DNA from: Acidimicrobiales bacterium
Lineage (GTDB): Bacteria; Actinomycetota; Acidimicrobiia; Acidimicrobiales; RAAP-2
Assembly: GCA_035531635.1 (NCBI GenBank)
Contig: DATKSO010000020.1
Location: 11,359 to 75,358 of the forward strand
DNA: 64,000 bases
Reading direction: 5' to 3'
Shown: positions 29,003 to 40,323 of the stretch, one piece after another
How the letters are laid out: every line of letters starts with the position of its first letter
Position numbering within the stretch: the stretch's first letter is position 1
Notes under the pieces: generated by a model
The model's database searches: none
Seen by the model: the letters and a program-made list of their open reading frames with translations, nothing else
Told to the model about the DNA's origin: nothing
Position numbers and translations under genes: made by a program

Positions 29003-29599
29003 GTGCTTACCTTCCAACTCTCCTACGACTATCGCTGCCCGTTCGCGAAGAACATCCACCTCCACGCCGTCACCGCACTTCGCGCAGGCGCTGACTTCGA
29101 CGTCACCTTCGTACCCTGGACGATGAGCCAGGGCTACAAGGCCGACGACGCCCCGGACGTTTGGGACGATCCGGGGCGCGACGAGGAACTCTTGGCGCTC
29201 GCCGTCAGTACGTCCATACGCGATTCCCAGCCAGAGTTCTTCCTCGACGCGCACGAAGCGCTCTTTCGAGCCCGCCGCGAGCGCGGGATCCGACTCGTCA
29301 CGGCGAAGGAAATCCGCGACGTCCTTTCGTCGACCGGGGTCGATCTCGCTCAGATCTTCGACGACGTGGAGTCACGACGTCCCCACAAAGTCATCGGCGA
29401 GAGCTTTCGGGAGTTCGATCGATACGAAGCCTTTGGCGTCCCCACGTTCGTCGTCGGGAACGACGCGACGTTCGTTCGCTACATGAACGCGCCGAATGAA
29501 GACGCGAGAGCGTCGATCACGTTGATCGAGTCGTTAGTCGACTTGATGAGCAACCAGAGCGCGCTCAATGAGTTCAAGCACACCAAGGTGCCCCGGTAG
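29003..29599 (+). CDS. DsbA-like thioredoxin-fold protein (monothiol)
   Basis: YDYRCPFA and AFGVPTFVV. Confidence 0.8.
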   Translation: MLTFQLSYDYRCPFAKNIHLHAVTALRAGADFDVTFVPWTMSQGYKADDAPDVWDDPGRDEELLALAVSTSIRDSQPEFFLDAHEALFRARRERGIRLVTAKEIRDVLSSTGVDLAQIFDDVESRRPHKVIGESFREFDRYEAFGVPTFVVGNDATFVRYMNAPNEDARASITLIESLVDLMSNQSALNEFKHTKVPR

Positions 29600-29602
29600 C
29601 AC

Positions 29603-29968
29603 CTAGTTCAGGCGAAGGATCAGTTCCGCCAGCGCCGACACCCCAAGCAGGGCGGCCGGTGCGAAGGACTTTGCCTTGTCGCCCTTTCGAAGGTGACGGG
29701 TAATCGCGAGGACCATCATCACAAAGAGTCCTCCGGCGGCGATCTCATTCACGAGGGCGAGGAGCGACGTCCCTTTGGAGGCGAGACCGATCAAGACACC
29801 TAGCGCGCCGAGTACTTCAATACCGCCGATCGTCCGATAGGTCTGCTTCGTGAAGCCCAGCAGACCAGCTGCTTTGGACATCACCGGATTGAAGATGATC
29901 TTTTGGGTCCCGGCCGAACTGAAGGCCAAAAAGAGCACAATTGAGAGAAGGGACGCGACGATAGACAT
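29603..29968 (-). CDS. DoxX-family membrane protein
   Basis: F...G..K, IG.IEVLGALG.LIG, H.R.GD. Confidence 0.8.
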   Translation of the reverse strand: MSIVASLLSIVLFLAFSSAGTQKIIFNPVMSKAAGLLGFTKQTYRTIGGIEVLGALGVLIGLASKGTSLLALVNEIAAGGLFVMMVLAITRHLRKGDKAKSFAPAALLGVSALAELILRLN

Positions 29969-30197
29969 TGTTTTTTACACCTCGGTAGGGAATCACCCTA
30001 GCGGAGCGGAAGATGACGTTTGAACGACACGTCGTGAGGTGTGGCGTTCGGATTCGAGTAGTGCCTCGATCCCCCTTCTCGCTCTTCACGCGTTCTCGAC
30101 AGTGGCGACTGACCGTCTTTTCGAGTTGTCGGGCAATGTCCAGTCCTGTCACGACGCGCACTCTCGCCGATCCTCCAAGACCACTAGCGTCTCACTC

Positions 30198-31355
30198 GTG
30201 TTCGATGCCACCAAACCTGCCGTCGCACCCCACGTCGGTGTTGTGGGCGCCGGCCAACTCGCGCGCATGATGGGTGAAGCCGCTCGCGGCGTGGGCGTCA
30301 CGATCACGGTGCTCGCTACGTACTACGACGACAGCGCCGTCGCGACGTGCCAGGCCGTCGTGCTCGGCGCGGCCGACGACGAGCGGGCGCTTCGTGAACT
30401 CGCCGGTCACGTCGACGTGATCACCTTTGACCACGAACTCGTCGACCTCGACCTAGTCGAACGGCTCGAGACCGAGGGCTTCGTCATCCGCCCAAGTAGT
30501 GCGGCGTTACGCTTCGCGGTCGACAAGGCGTACCAGCGCCAGGCCTTCGACGAGGCCGGCATCAGGGTCCCGCGCTTTCTCGTCGTTCGTTCCTCCAAAG
30601 ACGACCGACTCGATCGCTTCCTCGACAGCGTGGTCACGTCGCCGGTCGTGAAGGTGGCTCGTGGCGGCTACGACGGGCGTGGCGTGGCCTTTCCGTCGAC
30701 CCGAGGTGAGACGTACGAGGTCATCGACGACTTCGCCAGCGCCGGTGAGGTCGTCGTGGAGGAACGTCTCGAGTTGACGAGTGAAGTCGCCCAGATCGTC
30801 GCGACGTCCGTGGCGGGCTCGCTCGTCTTTTACCCACTTGTGACCACCGTCCAACGTGAGGGCATGTGTGTCGAGGTACGTTTCCCGAGTGACGTCGACG
30901 CGGCTCTCATTGACGAAGCGCGCCAACTGAGTGAACAGGTCGCGACGCTCGTCCAGGGAGTGGGCGTCATGGCCATTGAGTACTTCGTCACCGAGCGCGG
31001 ACTCTTCGTCAACGAAGTCGCGCTTCGGCCTCACAACACGGGACACTGGACCATCGAAGGCGCCGCCACGAGTCAGTTCGCGCAACACTTGCGTGCCGTC
31101 AGCGGTCAGTCGCTCGGCGACGTGACGCCACTGACGAACCGCGCGGTCATGGTGAACGTCGTGGGCGCGGACGAACCCGGATCGCTCGAGGCGGCGCGCG
31201 GCGTCGGTGACACGTTCGTCCACGACTACGGCAAATCGTGGCGCCCGGGGCGAAAACTCGGCCACGTCACCGCGCTCGGTGACGAACCGACGAGTCCTCA
31301 CGTGAGAGCATGGGACAGTGCCCGTGCCTACGGCACCGTGACCCGGGAGATCTAG
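30198..31355 (+). CDS. purK: N5-CAIR synthase
   Basis: [49 protein letters not shown]. Confidence 0.95.
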   Translation: MFDATKPAVAPHVGVVGAGQLARMMGEAARGVGVTITVLATYYDDSAVATCQAVVLGAADDERALRELAGHVDVITFDHELVDLDLVERLETEGFVIRPSSAALRFAVDKAYQRQAFDEAGIRVPRFLVVRSSKDDRLDRFLDSVVTSPVVKVARGGYDGRGVAFPSTRGETYEVIDDFASAGEVVVEERLELTSEVAQIVATSVAGSLVFYPLVTTVQREGMCVEVRFPSDVDAALIDEARQLSEQVATLVQGVGVMAIEYFVTERGLFVNEVALRPHNTGHWTIEGAATSQFAQHLRAVSGQSLGDVTPLTNRAVMVNVVGADEPGSLEAARGVGDTFVHDYGKSWRPGRKLGHVTALGDEPTSPHVRAWDSARAYGTVTREI

Positions 31356-31843
31356 TGCAGCCAGTGGTGGGCATCGTCATGGGTTCGTCGTCCGACCTCG
31401 AGGTCATGAACGACGCCGCCACGATCCTCGAGCGCTTCAAGATCGGGTACGAACTGCACGTGGTCTCGGCGCATCGAACGCCCGAGGCGATGATCGCTTA
31501 CGGCACGAGCGCGCGTTCGCGAGGTCTGCACGTGTTGATCGCCGGCGCCGGAGGCGCCGCGCACCTGCCGGGAATGCTCGCCGCGGTGACGACCCTTCCG
31601 GTCATCGGTGTGCCGGTGGCGCTGGCTCGCCTTGACGGTCTCGACTCGCTCCTCTCCATTGCCCAGATGCCCCGAGGCGTGCCCGTGGCAACGGTCGCGA
31701 TCAACGGAGCTACCAACGCGGGACTGTTGGCGCTGCGAATTCTGGCGTCGTCCAACGACGCACTCGGCGACCAACTCGAGTCGTATCGCCAAGAATTGGG
31801 CGCTGCCGCCCGCGCTCAGGACAAAGATTTACCCGGAAATTAA
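31355..31843 (+). CDS. purE: N5-CAIR mutase
   Basis: [33 protein letters not shown]. Confidence 0.96.
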   Translation: MQPVVGIVMGSSSDLEVMNDAATILERFKIGYELHVVSAHRTPEAMIAYGTSARSRGLHVLIAGAGGAAHLPGMLAAVTTLPVIGVPVALARLDGLDSLLSIAQMPRGVPVATVAINGATNAGLLALRILASSNDALGDQLESYRQELGAAARAQDKDLPGN

Positions 31844-31929
31844 GGTATCGAGACGGTTGACCGACGCGCGCGTCGACTCCCGCTTCGTTGGTTCCATCTA
31901 GTCTGGATGTGTAGCAAAAGGAGGCCCAC

Positions 31930-32688
31930 GTGGGCATTATGAAGCGCGTCCAGACGATTTTCCAAGCGAAGGCCAATGACGCCCTCAACAAGGCCGAAGA
32001 TCCTCGGCAGACCCTCGACCTCTCGTACGAACAGCAACTCGAGAACGTCACCAAAGTGAAGCGCGCCGTAGCCGACGTCGCCACCGCGCGTAAGCGCGTC
32101 GAGATCCAAGCCGAGCAGTTGAAGAGCCAAGGCGACAAGCTCGCCGAGCAGGCCAAGGCCGCGCTCGCCCAAGGTAACGAGCCACTTGCTCGAGAGGCCC
32201 TCACCCGACGTGAAGCCATCGCGGGGCAGTTGAAGGACCTCGAGGTCCAGCACGCCTCCATCGATGATCAACAGCAGAAGCTCGAAGCCACCGCGACCAA
32301 GCTCCAGAGCCAGGTCGAGGCCTTCCGGATGAGGAAGGAGACGATCAAGGCCTCCTATACCGCCGCTGAAGCCTCCGCGCACGTCAACGAAGCCGTCAGT
32401 GGCATCTCCGAGTCGATGGGTGACGCCGGCGCCGCCATGCAGCGGGCGCAGGACAAAGTGGCCCAGATGCAGGCTCGAAGCGGGGCACTGGACGAACTGC
32501 TCGCCTCCGGCGCTCTCACTGACCTCACGTCCACGAACGACGACATTCAGGCTCAACTCGACAAGGCTTCGGCCACCTCGGACATCGACGCCCAACTCGC
32601 CGCGCTGAAGGCCAACGGCACTACGAGCGAACTGCCCGCCGGCACGAGCACGACGTCGAACTCGGCGCCCACCAGCGAAGGAAACTAG
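31930..32688 (+). CDS. pspA: PspA/IM30 (ESCRT-III-like) protein
   Basis: AKAN.AL.KAEDP, long coiled coil, A.AL..G.E.LAREAL, ARSGALDEL. Confidence 0.93.
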   Translation: MGIMKRVQTIFQAKANDALNKAEDPRQTLDLSYEQQLENVTKVKRAVADVATARKRVEIQAEQLKSQGDKLAEQAKAALAQGNEPLAREALTRREAIAGQLKDLEVQHASIDDQQQKLEATATKLQSQVEAFRMRKETIKASYTAAEASAHVNEAVSGISESMGDAGAAMQRAQDKVAQMQARSGALDELLASGALTDLTSTNDDIQAQLDKASATSDIDAQLAALKANGTTSELPAGTSTTSNSAPTSEGN

Positions 32689-32690
32689 CC

Positions 32691-33602
32691 GTGGCCAAGA
32701 CCAAGATCGAAACGGACCACAAACTCAACGTTCGAATGTTCATTACCGGCGCCGCGCTCGTGGCGCTGTACGCGATCGTCGTCTCGGTGATGTTGAGTCT
32801 GGGCGTTTCGACGGTGTTGGTAATCGTGATCGCGGCCGCGCTCATCTTCTCCCAGTACTACTTCTCGGACAAGATAGCGATGTTCTCGATGCACGCGCAC
32901 GAGGTCACCGCCCAACAAGAGCCACGACTCCACGAGATCGTCGATCGATTGTGCCTACTCGCCGATATGAAGAAGCCCCGGGTCGGCATCTCGGAGTTGG
33001 ATATGCCCAACGCTTTCGCCACCGGTCGAAGCCCGAGTCACGCCGTCGTCTGCGCGACCCGTGGCCTCATGCAGCGACTCAACGACGAAGAACTCGAAGC
33101 GGTACTCGCGCACGAACTGAGCCACGTCGCCCACCGCGACGTCGCAATCATGACCATCGCCTCGGGCGTCGGTATGTTGGCGGGACTGGTGAGTCGCATC
33201 GCCATGTTCGGGGCGATGTTCGGCGGACGCGGCGGCGGCCGTGGGCGCGGTGATCAGAACATCGTTCTCTTGGAAATGGTGACGATGCTCGTGTCGATCG
33301 TGATCTACGTGATCGCCTACCTCTTGACGATGGCGCTCTCTCGCTACCGCGAACTCGCGGCAGATCGCTCGGGCGCCATTCTGATCGGAAAGCCCAGCGT
33401 CCTCGCGGCGGCATTAGTGCACATCACGGGTGACATCGGCAAGATCCCGCGCACCGACCTTCGCCAGTCCGAAGGGATGAACGCCTTCTTCTTCGCGCCA
33501 GCCCTCGCCGGCGGTACAGCGGCCACGCTGTTTTCGTCGCACCCGTCGCTCGAGAAGCGTCTTGACCAGTTGAACAGACTTGAAAAGGAACTCAACGGCT
33601 AG
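32691..33602 (+). CDS. htpX: Membrane zinc protease HtpX
   Basis: PNAFATGR, VLAHELSH, LSRYRELAAD, FSSHP...R. Confidence 0.94.
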   Translation: MAKTKIETDHKLNVRMFITGAALVALYAIVVSVMLSLGVSTVLVIVIAAALIFSQYYFSDKIAMFSMHAHEVTAQQEPRLHEIVDRLCLLADMKKPRVGISELDMPNAFATGRSPSHAVVCATRGLMQRLNDEELEAVLAHELSHVAHRDVAIMTIASGVGMLAGLVSRIAMFGAMFGGRGGGRGRGDQNIVLLEMVTMLVSIVIYVIAYLLTMALSRYRELAADRSGAILIGKPSVLAAALVHITGDIGKIPRTDLRQSEGMNAFFFAPALAGGTAATLFSSHPSLEKRLDQLNRLEKELNG

Positions 33603-34177
33603 TGGGACTGCGCGACGCGCTGTTTGGACGCACCAAGCAAGTAGCACCTAATCTCGACAACCTGTTCGCCCTGCCGACCGCCGCGCTAACCCTCGCGAGC
33701 GAACTGGACCTCGTCAGTTCCGGCCAAGCCGGTCTCTGCTTCAAGGGCGGCAGCGGTGAAAGCACCATCACCACCGACGACGACATCAAACAGCTCCTCA
33801 ACTTTGACGAGGCGACCAACAAGGTCACGCTCACGACCGACAACCTCGGCTTCGAGTGGCTCGTCGTCACCGACCCCGACTTCGAGGCGCTGGTGACGCG
33901 CGTGCACGCGGCGAACACCTCGATGGTCGAACACGGTCTCGGACCGCGTCTCTTGTGCGCCGTCTTTGGATTCGTGCCCCAGACACCACCCGGCGAGGGA
34001 TCGGTTCGTATGGTCTACCTCATGAAGCAAGGCACGTTCTACCCATTCGCGCCGACCGGCTCCTCGCAGCGCAATAATGAGCTCGAGTTGCGAGTGAAGT
34101 CATTTCTTGGCACGGATCTACCTATCGAGAAGGACCTTTCACGCTGGATGGCGCTGTGGAACCTTCCAGTGAGGTAG
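33602..34177 (+). CDS. pspAB: PspA-associated protein PspAB
   Basis: GL.D.LFGR, NLD.LF.LP.A, LLCAVF.F, VY..K.GTFYPFAP, R.N..EL, IE.DL.RW..LW; position after pspA-htpX. Confidence 0.8.
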   Translation: MGLRDALFGRTKQVAPNLDNLFALPTAALTLASELDLVSSGQAGLCFKGGSGESTITTDDDIKQLLNFDEATNKVTLTTDNLGFEWLVVTDPDFEALVTRVHAANTSMVEHGLGPRLLCAVFGFVPQTPPGEGSVRMVYLMKQGTFYPFAPTGSSQRNNELELRVKSFLGTDLPIEKDLSRWMALWNLPVR

Positions 34178-34222
34178 CTGCCCTCGCCATTCGGCTCCCG
34201 TCACCCGACGTCCGCGACGCGT

Positions 34223-35239
34223 TCACGGCTTGTCGCGAGCGCCTCTGGTAACGGTCTTTGACTGTTTTCGTTGGGCCGCCATCGCGGCGGGATCACGCAA
34301 GCGTTCGTGGTAGGCGAGCTCGAGTCGCATTCGGCGCCACGTCTCGAGGCGTTGACGAGAGAGGTTGCCGGACTCGACGGCAGCCTCGACGGCACAGCCG
34401 TCGTCGCCTCGGTGTCGGCAGTTCCGAAAGCGACACTGATCGGTGAGGTCGTCCACGTCCTCGAACATTTGGCTGAGACCTTCTTCGTCAAGCATCACGT
34501 CGAGCAGTCGAATACCGGGAATGTCGAGTAACACCCCACCCGCCAGGAGGCGATAGAGCTTGCGCGTGGTGGTGGCGTGGCGTCCCTCCCCACTGCGCCC
34601 GACGGTCCGCGTGAGCTCGGAACTTCCTTCGAGCGCGTTCAAGAGCGACGTTTTGCCAGCGCCCGACGCGCCGAGCATCACTGCGGTCACGCCTGGGCCG
34701 AGATGACCACCGAGTGCCTCGATGCCCAGCCCGTTGACGGCACTCGTCATGAGGACGTCTCCGCCGGGAAGCTCGGCTTCAATGTCCGCCTCAAATGAGG
34801 AAGCGTCGCTGACACCGTCGACTTTCGTCACGACGACCAGCGGACGAGCGCCACTGTCCCAAGCCATGATGGAGAGTCGCTCAAGGAGTCGAGCGTTCAA
34901 CGCGAGATCGATCGGCACCACGATCAAGACGAGGTCCACGTTCGCCGCAAGAATCTGCACGTCGCGACCATTGGGATGAGGTCGACGCAACTCGCTTCGA
35001 CGAGGCAAGACCTTGGCCACGCGTTCGTCGCGGATAGCGACCCAGTCCCCCGCGACCGGGATGAGGTCGAGGTTGGCCTCGAACTCGCACCGGGCTTCGA
35101 CTTCGAGATCGCCGTCGTCGACCCAGACGACGTCAGCGCTGGCGCCGTGTGAGATGACGACTCGGCCCACGTTCATCCCGGCGGCCTCGTCGAGGTTGTC
35201 GAGTTCCGTCAGACCCAGTCGCTGGAGTACTGGATTCAT
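34223..35239 (-). CDS. rsgA: Small-subunit-dependent GTPase RsgA
   Basis: GDWV, AANVD, TKVD, GASGAGKTS, GRHATT, DIPG, CRFRNCRH...C. Confidence 0.9.
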   Translation of the reverse strand: MNPVLQRLGLTELDNLDEAAGMNVGRVVISHGASADVVWVDDGDLEVEARCEFEANLDLIPVAGDWVAIRDERVAKVLPRRSELRRPHPNGRDVQILAANVDLVLIVVPIDLALNARLLERLSIMAWDSGARPLVVVTKVDGVSDASSFEADIEAELPGGDVLMTSAVNGLGIEALGGHLGPGVTAVMLGASGAGKTSLLNALEGSSELTRTVGRSGEGRHATTTRKLYRLLAGGVLLDIPGIRLLDVMLDEEGLSQMFEDVDDLTDQCRFRNCRHRGDDGCAVEAAVESGNLSRQRLETWRRMRLELAYHERLRDPAAMAAQRKQSKTVTRGARDKP

Positions 35240-35356
35240 GAATCAGAATCTACCGTGCAGCCCTCGGAAGTGACAGGGCACGCCCCGACGAAAGGGATCG
35301 ATCGCCCAGGTGTAGGTTGGCCTTCAGATCGTCATCACTCGCGAACGTAGAGGAGC

Positions 35357-35662
35357 GTGGTGAACCACCCAAAGCGCAGTTCAGCCAACGAGCGTCTTAC
35401 GCCAGAGCACTTCAGCGATGAGGAGTTGGCGGATCTTGCGATGGCGGCCGACTACAGTACGCCCATCGATGACGACGCCGTCCCCTGGACCTGGGGCTTC
35501 GGTTTCGAACGGAGCTTGTTGCCGGACTGGTACATGCCACGCCCCATCGCCACTGGCCGTGGGAAGGGCACGAAAGTCGTGGTGGGTACGCTCGTCGCCG
35601 GTCTCCTTATCATTGGCGCGTTCGGTCTCTGCATCACGTCGGGTTTCCTCTCCCTGGCCTGA
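35357..35662 (+). CDS. Small membrane protein of unknown function
   Basis: AGGAG RBS; EELA.LA.AAD, LLPDWYMP, C-terminal TM with FGLC.T.G. Confidence 0.65.
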   Translation: MVNHPKRSSANERLTPEHFSDEELADLAMAADYSTPIDDDAVPWTWGFGFERSLLPDWYMPRPIATGRGKGTKVVVGTLVAGLLIIGAFGLCITSGFLSLA

Positions 35663-35690
35663 ACGCGACCAACCACCAGCGTCAAGAGGT

Positions 35691-36716
35691 TTAGTCCGCG
35701 CCGGCCGTTGCCGCGGCGACGAGGTCGCTCAGAACTCGACGCAGTTCGACCGTGATTTTGTCTGCTCGGGTGTTGACCTCGTCGGTGATATTGAGTGGCA
35801 GGGTGAGGACGGCGAAGCGCGACTGCAGGGAGAGGTCTTCGTCGACGACGGCCATCTCGAACTTGATGGCTTCGCCCATGCGCTGTTCGGATCCCTCAAG
35901 GTCATTTCGCCACAGACTCGAGTAGACACGCACGTTCTCGTCGTCGACGGGCACGATGAAGAATCCAATGACGTTCGTGCCCCCGGCGTCGAGGAACTCA
36001 ATGGCCAGTTCGAGGTGAAACGGAGCGACGTAGCGATAGGTCAGGCGACGTCGCTGGATCAGAGGGCGTACTCCCTCGACCACGCCAGGATCCTCTCGAT
36101 GAGCGAAGTCGTGTTCGTAGACGGCTTCGAAGGTGTAGCCACTTCGCGTCACCGTGTAGTTCGGTACTTCTCGCGCTTCACCGGCGCCGAAGGTTCCGGC
36201 GTGAACGAAGGGAAAATGCGCCATGTCGAGGAAGTTATCCGCGAGGAGACCCGCCGAGGCGCGCGTCTCAATGACGGGCAAGTCGCCCCGTTGGAATGAC
36301 GGATCGCTCGCCGCCAAGACCGTCGGCACCGGCGTCAACGGCGAATCGGGCGCCACGAAGATCATGGTGTGCGATTCGATCACGCCGGCCGGTGCTTCGA
36401 GTTTGGCCCTAGGAGGAAGCGTCGCGTCCGGGCCCAACGCGGGAATCTCAACGCAGACGCGGTCCTTGTCGAAGACCCACCCGTGGTAGGCACATCGGAG
36501 GGATTCGCCTTCGCACGCGCCGAGCGAGAGGGGCGCGAAGCGATGGGGACACCGATCGACGAAGACGCGCACCTCGCCCTCCGGTGAGCGAAACACTACG
36601 TAGTTCTGTCCGAGGAGTTTGAACGCCCGAGGCGTCGTCGTGGCATCACTCGCACGACAGAGGGGATGCCAAGCTCGTCGAAGTGCCGGGTCAAGATTGC
36701 CAAGTCCGAGCGTCAT
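35691..36716 (-). CDS. Rieske non-heme iron oxygenase alpha subunit (VanA/demethylase-like)
   Basis: DRCPHR..PLS, CAYHGW, NFLDMAHFPFVH, EDL. Confidence 0.9.
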   Translation of the reverse strand: MTLGLGNLDPALRRAWHPLCRASDATTTPRAFKLLGQNYVVFRSPEGEVRVFVDRCPHRFAPLSLGACEGESLRCAYHGWVFDKDRVCVEIPALGPDATLPPRAKLEAPAGVIESHTMIFVAPDSPLTPVPTVLAASDPSFQRGDLPVIETRASAGLLADNFLDMAHFPFVHAGTFGAGEAREVPNYTVTRSGYTFEAVYEHDFAHREDPGVVEGVRPLIQRRRLTYRYVAPFHLELAIEFLDAGGTNVIGFFIVPVDDENVRVYSSLWRNDLEGSEQRMGEAIKFEMAVVDEDLSLQSRFAVLTLPLNITDEVNTRADKITVELRRVLSDLVAAATAGAD

Positions 36717-36794
36717 CGGAACGAACTTAGTGGAGCGTGGACGTCGCGAAAGTCAGCACGAGGGCGAACGGGGACGCCCCGCACCGACCGTGAA

Positions 36795-38183
<1,389 letters not shown>

Positions 38184-38191
38184 CAGATCCC

Positions 38192-39391
38192 CTAATTCCT
38201 CTTCGTTGACTTTTTCGCGGTCTTCTTCGCTGGCGCGGACTTTTGGGCGGTCTTTCTCACTGGCACGGACTTCTTCGCTGGCGTTGACTTCTTGGCCGGT
38301 ATCGACTTCTTCGTGGACTTCTTGGCCGGCGTTGACTTTTTCGCGGTCTTCTTCGCTGGCGCGGACTTCTTCGCTGGCGTTGACTTCTTGGCCGGTGTCG
38401 ACTTCTTGGCCGGTGTCGACTTCTTCGTGGACTTCTTGGCCGGCGTTGACTTTTTCGCGGTCTTCTTGGCCGGTGTCGACTTCTTCATCGACGGCGCACT
38501 CGAGGAGCCACCGTCGTACAGCGTGATGCCAGCCGCGACGACCGCTCGCGCGGCCGCGACGTCCTCCGCCCGAGGGCCTTCACCAGTTCCCGGGACCTCA
38601 AGAAGTAGTGGTAGATCTCGGATCTGGGGGTGTCCTACCAATGGCGCGAGACCATTGGCTCCGATGGTGCCTTCGCCAATGTTGGCGTGACGATCTCGGT
38701 TGCCGCCGAGTTCAATCTTGGAGTCGTTCAAGTGGAAACAACGAAGGCGGCTCATACCCACGCTGTTGTCAATATCGCTAATCAGCCTCTCCGCACCCTC
38801 GACGCTCGAGTAGTCGACTCCGCTCGCCCAGAGGTGTTGGGTGTCCACGCAGAGGCCGAGACGATCGTCGCCGTTGCAGGCGTCGATGAGAAATTGAATC
38901 TCCGTGAGCGAGCGACCCACCGTTCCTCCGGCACCTGCGGCGTTCTCGATGAGGATGGGACAGTCGGCAACGCCTTCGGGTGCAGGATCGGCCTCGGCGA
39001 GTGCCCGCTCGAAGGCGTCAGCAATTTGACGAACGACGTCGTCGAAGCCGGCCCCCTTATGCGAACCAACGTGCAGGACAAGACCCGACGATCCCATGCC
39101 GCGAGCCACGGACAGGTTGTGCGTCAGGCACGCGACGGACTTTTCGTAGAGTTCGAGATCGGCCGACGCCAAATTGATGAGGTACGTCGCGTGACAGAAG
39201 GTGTCGGTGATCGTCGGATGCGTCGCCTGCGCTTCGCGGAACGCCGCCAGGATCTCCGGCGCGTACTGCGAGGCTTTCCACATACGCGGACTCTGGGTGA
39301 AGACCTGAATAGAGGTTGCCCCGATCTCCACGCCGGCCTCGAGGGATGGAATGAGTTTGCCGCCACCGCGGACGTGCGCACCGATGTTCAT
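38192..39391 (-). CDS. nfo: Endonuclease IV with a C-terminal histone-H1-like Lys-rich tail
   Basis: [57 protein letters not shown], then PAKK repeats; start set at ATG 39391. Confidence 0.92.
   Translation of the reverse strand: MNIGAHVRGGGKLIPSLEAGVEIGATSIQVFTQSPRMWKASQYAPEILAAFREAQATHPTITDTFCHATYLINLASADLELYEKSVACLTHNLSVARGMGSSGLVLHVGSHKGAGFDDVVRQIADAFERALAEADPAPEGVADCPILIENAAGAGGTVGRSLTEIQFLIDACNGDDRLGLCVDTQHLWASGVDYSSVEGAERLISDIDNSVGMSRLRCFHLNDSKIELGGNRDRHANIGEGTIGANGLAPLVGHPQIRDLPLLLEVPGTGEGPRAEDVAAARAVVAAGITLYDGGSSSAPSMKKSTPAKKTAKKSTPAKKSTKKSTPAKKSTPAKKSTPAKKSAPAKKTAKKSTPAKKSTKKSIPAKKSTPAKKSVPVRKTAQKSAPAKKTAKKSTKRN
38195..38488 (-). repeat. Coding tandem repeat encoding (S/T/A)PAKK, with a 114-bp higher-order duplication
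   Basis: 10 PAKK units; the 51-bp block at 38303 recurs at 38417. Confidence 0.95.
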
Positions 39392-39437
39392 TACAGTAAA
39401 ACTAGTGGGCCCAAAACGACCCAACGACAGGAGCACC

Positions 39438-39839
39438 GTGACCGATACCTTTAGCCCCACCTCTCGGGCCATCTTCGCCAAGAACGTCCTCGCGCACGTC
39501 GCGAGCCTCGACGCGGACGGCGGACCGAACGTGACGCCGGTGTGGGTAGAGCTCGACGGTGACGATATCGTGATCAACACGGCGCTCGGGCGCGCCAAGG
39601 CCCGTAACCTCGCCGCCGACGCGCGCGTGGCGGTGTCCTTGACCGATCCTGACGACCCCTACGTCTGTATCGCCGTGCGTGGCACCGTCGTGGGTTTCAC
39701 CACCGAGGGCGCGGACGAGGTCATTGACCGCTTCGCGAAGAAGTACCTCAACGTCGACTCCTACCCCATGCGACGCGAGGGCGAGATTCGTGTCACCGTC
39801 AAAATCCACCCCGACCGGATCTCCACCCAGCCGTCGTAG
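39438..39839 (+). CDS. PPOX-class F420-dependent oxidoreductase
   Basis: LASL.ADG.P.VTPVW, INTA.GR.K.RNL..D.RVA, DPY....RG, KKYL. Confidence 0.88.
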   Translation: MTDTFSPTSRAIFAKNVLAHVASLDADGGPNVTPVWVELDGDDIVINTALGRAKARNLAADARVAVSLTDPDDPYVCIAVRGTVVGFTTEGADEVIDRFAKKYLNVDSYPMRREGEIRVTVKIHPDRISTQPS

Positions 39840-39840
39840 T

Positions 39841-40323
39841 TCAAGCGAAGTACGTCAGTGCGCCTTCGGCGCGCTCTTCGAGGCGCACCTTGGTCAACAC
39901 GTCGTTACCGTCGACCAGTCGATCGCGGCCGTAACTCCACACCGTCACCGGTTTCGGTGGTGCGGGTCGGTTGTAAGCACCGCTGATCCGTGCGACGTCG
40001 TTGGTGAAGTTCACTTCGTCGTTGGTGAGGAGGGCCCGAAGGACGTCGGCGTGGTCCTTCGAACGCGAACTCGCTTCGACGACGACGTGACGAAGGGGCA
40101 CGATCGCGGACAACGTGGCGACGTCGCGCGCCGCTAGTTGGGCCGGGTAGGCGTCCGTGACCGAGAGCCAGACACCAAAGTCACTGGTCACCCGGTCAAC
40201 CAGGGACGCCGCCACGAGGACGGTCTCGGCGTCAGTGCACTGGAAGATGATCAGATGATCACGCGTCGCGCGCACGACCTCGTCGCGCTCGGACATGTCA
40301 GCGGCGAAGTGGACGAGTTCCAT
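39841..40323 (-). CDS. Hypothetical protein resembling a reduced luciferase-like (LLM) domain
   Basis: PAQLAARDVATL and LRALLT.DEV.F....A.NRPAP..P..VW; coupled to the DUF2469 gene (TAATG). Confidence 0.55.
   Translation of the reverse strand: MELVHFAADMSERDEVVRATRDHLIIFQCTDAETVLVAASLVDRVTSDFGVWLSVTDAYPAQLAARDVATLSAIVPLRHVVVEASSRSKDHADVLRALLTNDEVNFTNDVARISGAYNRPAPPKPVTVWSYGRDRLVDGNDVLTKVRLEERAEGALTYFA

Noticed and set aside
29969-30197. ZMP/ZTP or purine riboswitch before purK
   Set aside because: Consensus motifs are absent and purK appears leaderless
31835-31860. SigE/SigH-like promoter GGAA..GTT upstream of pspA
   Set aside because: The 17-nt spacing is shorter than the consensus and the site overlaps the purE stop
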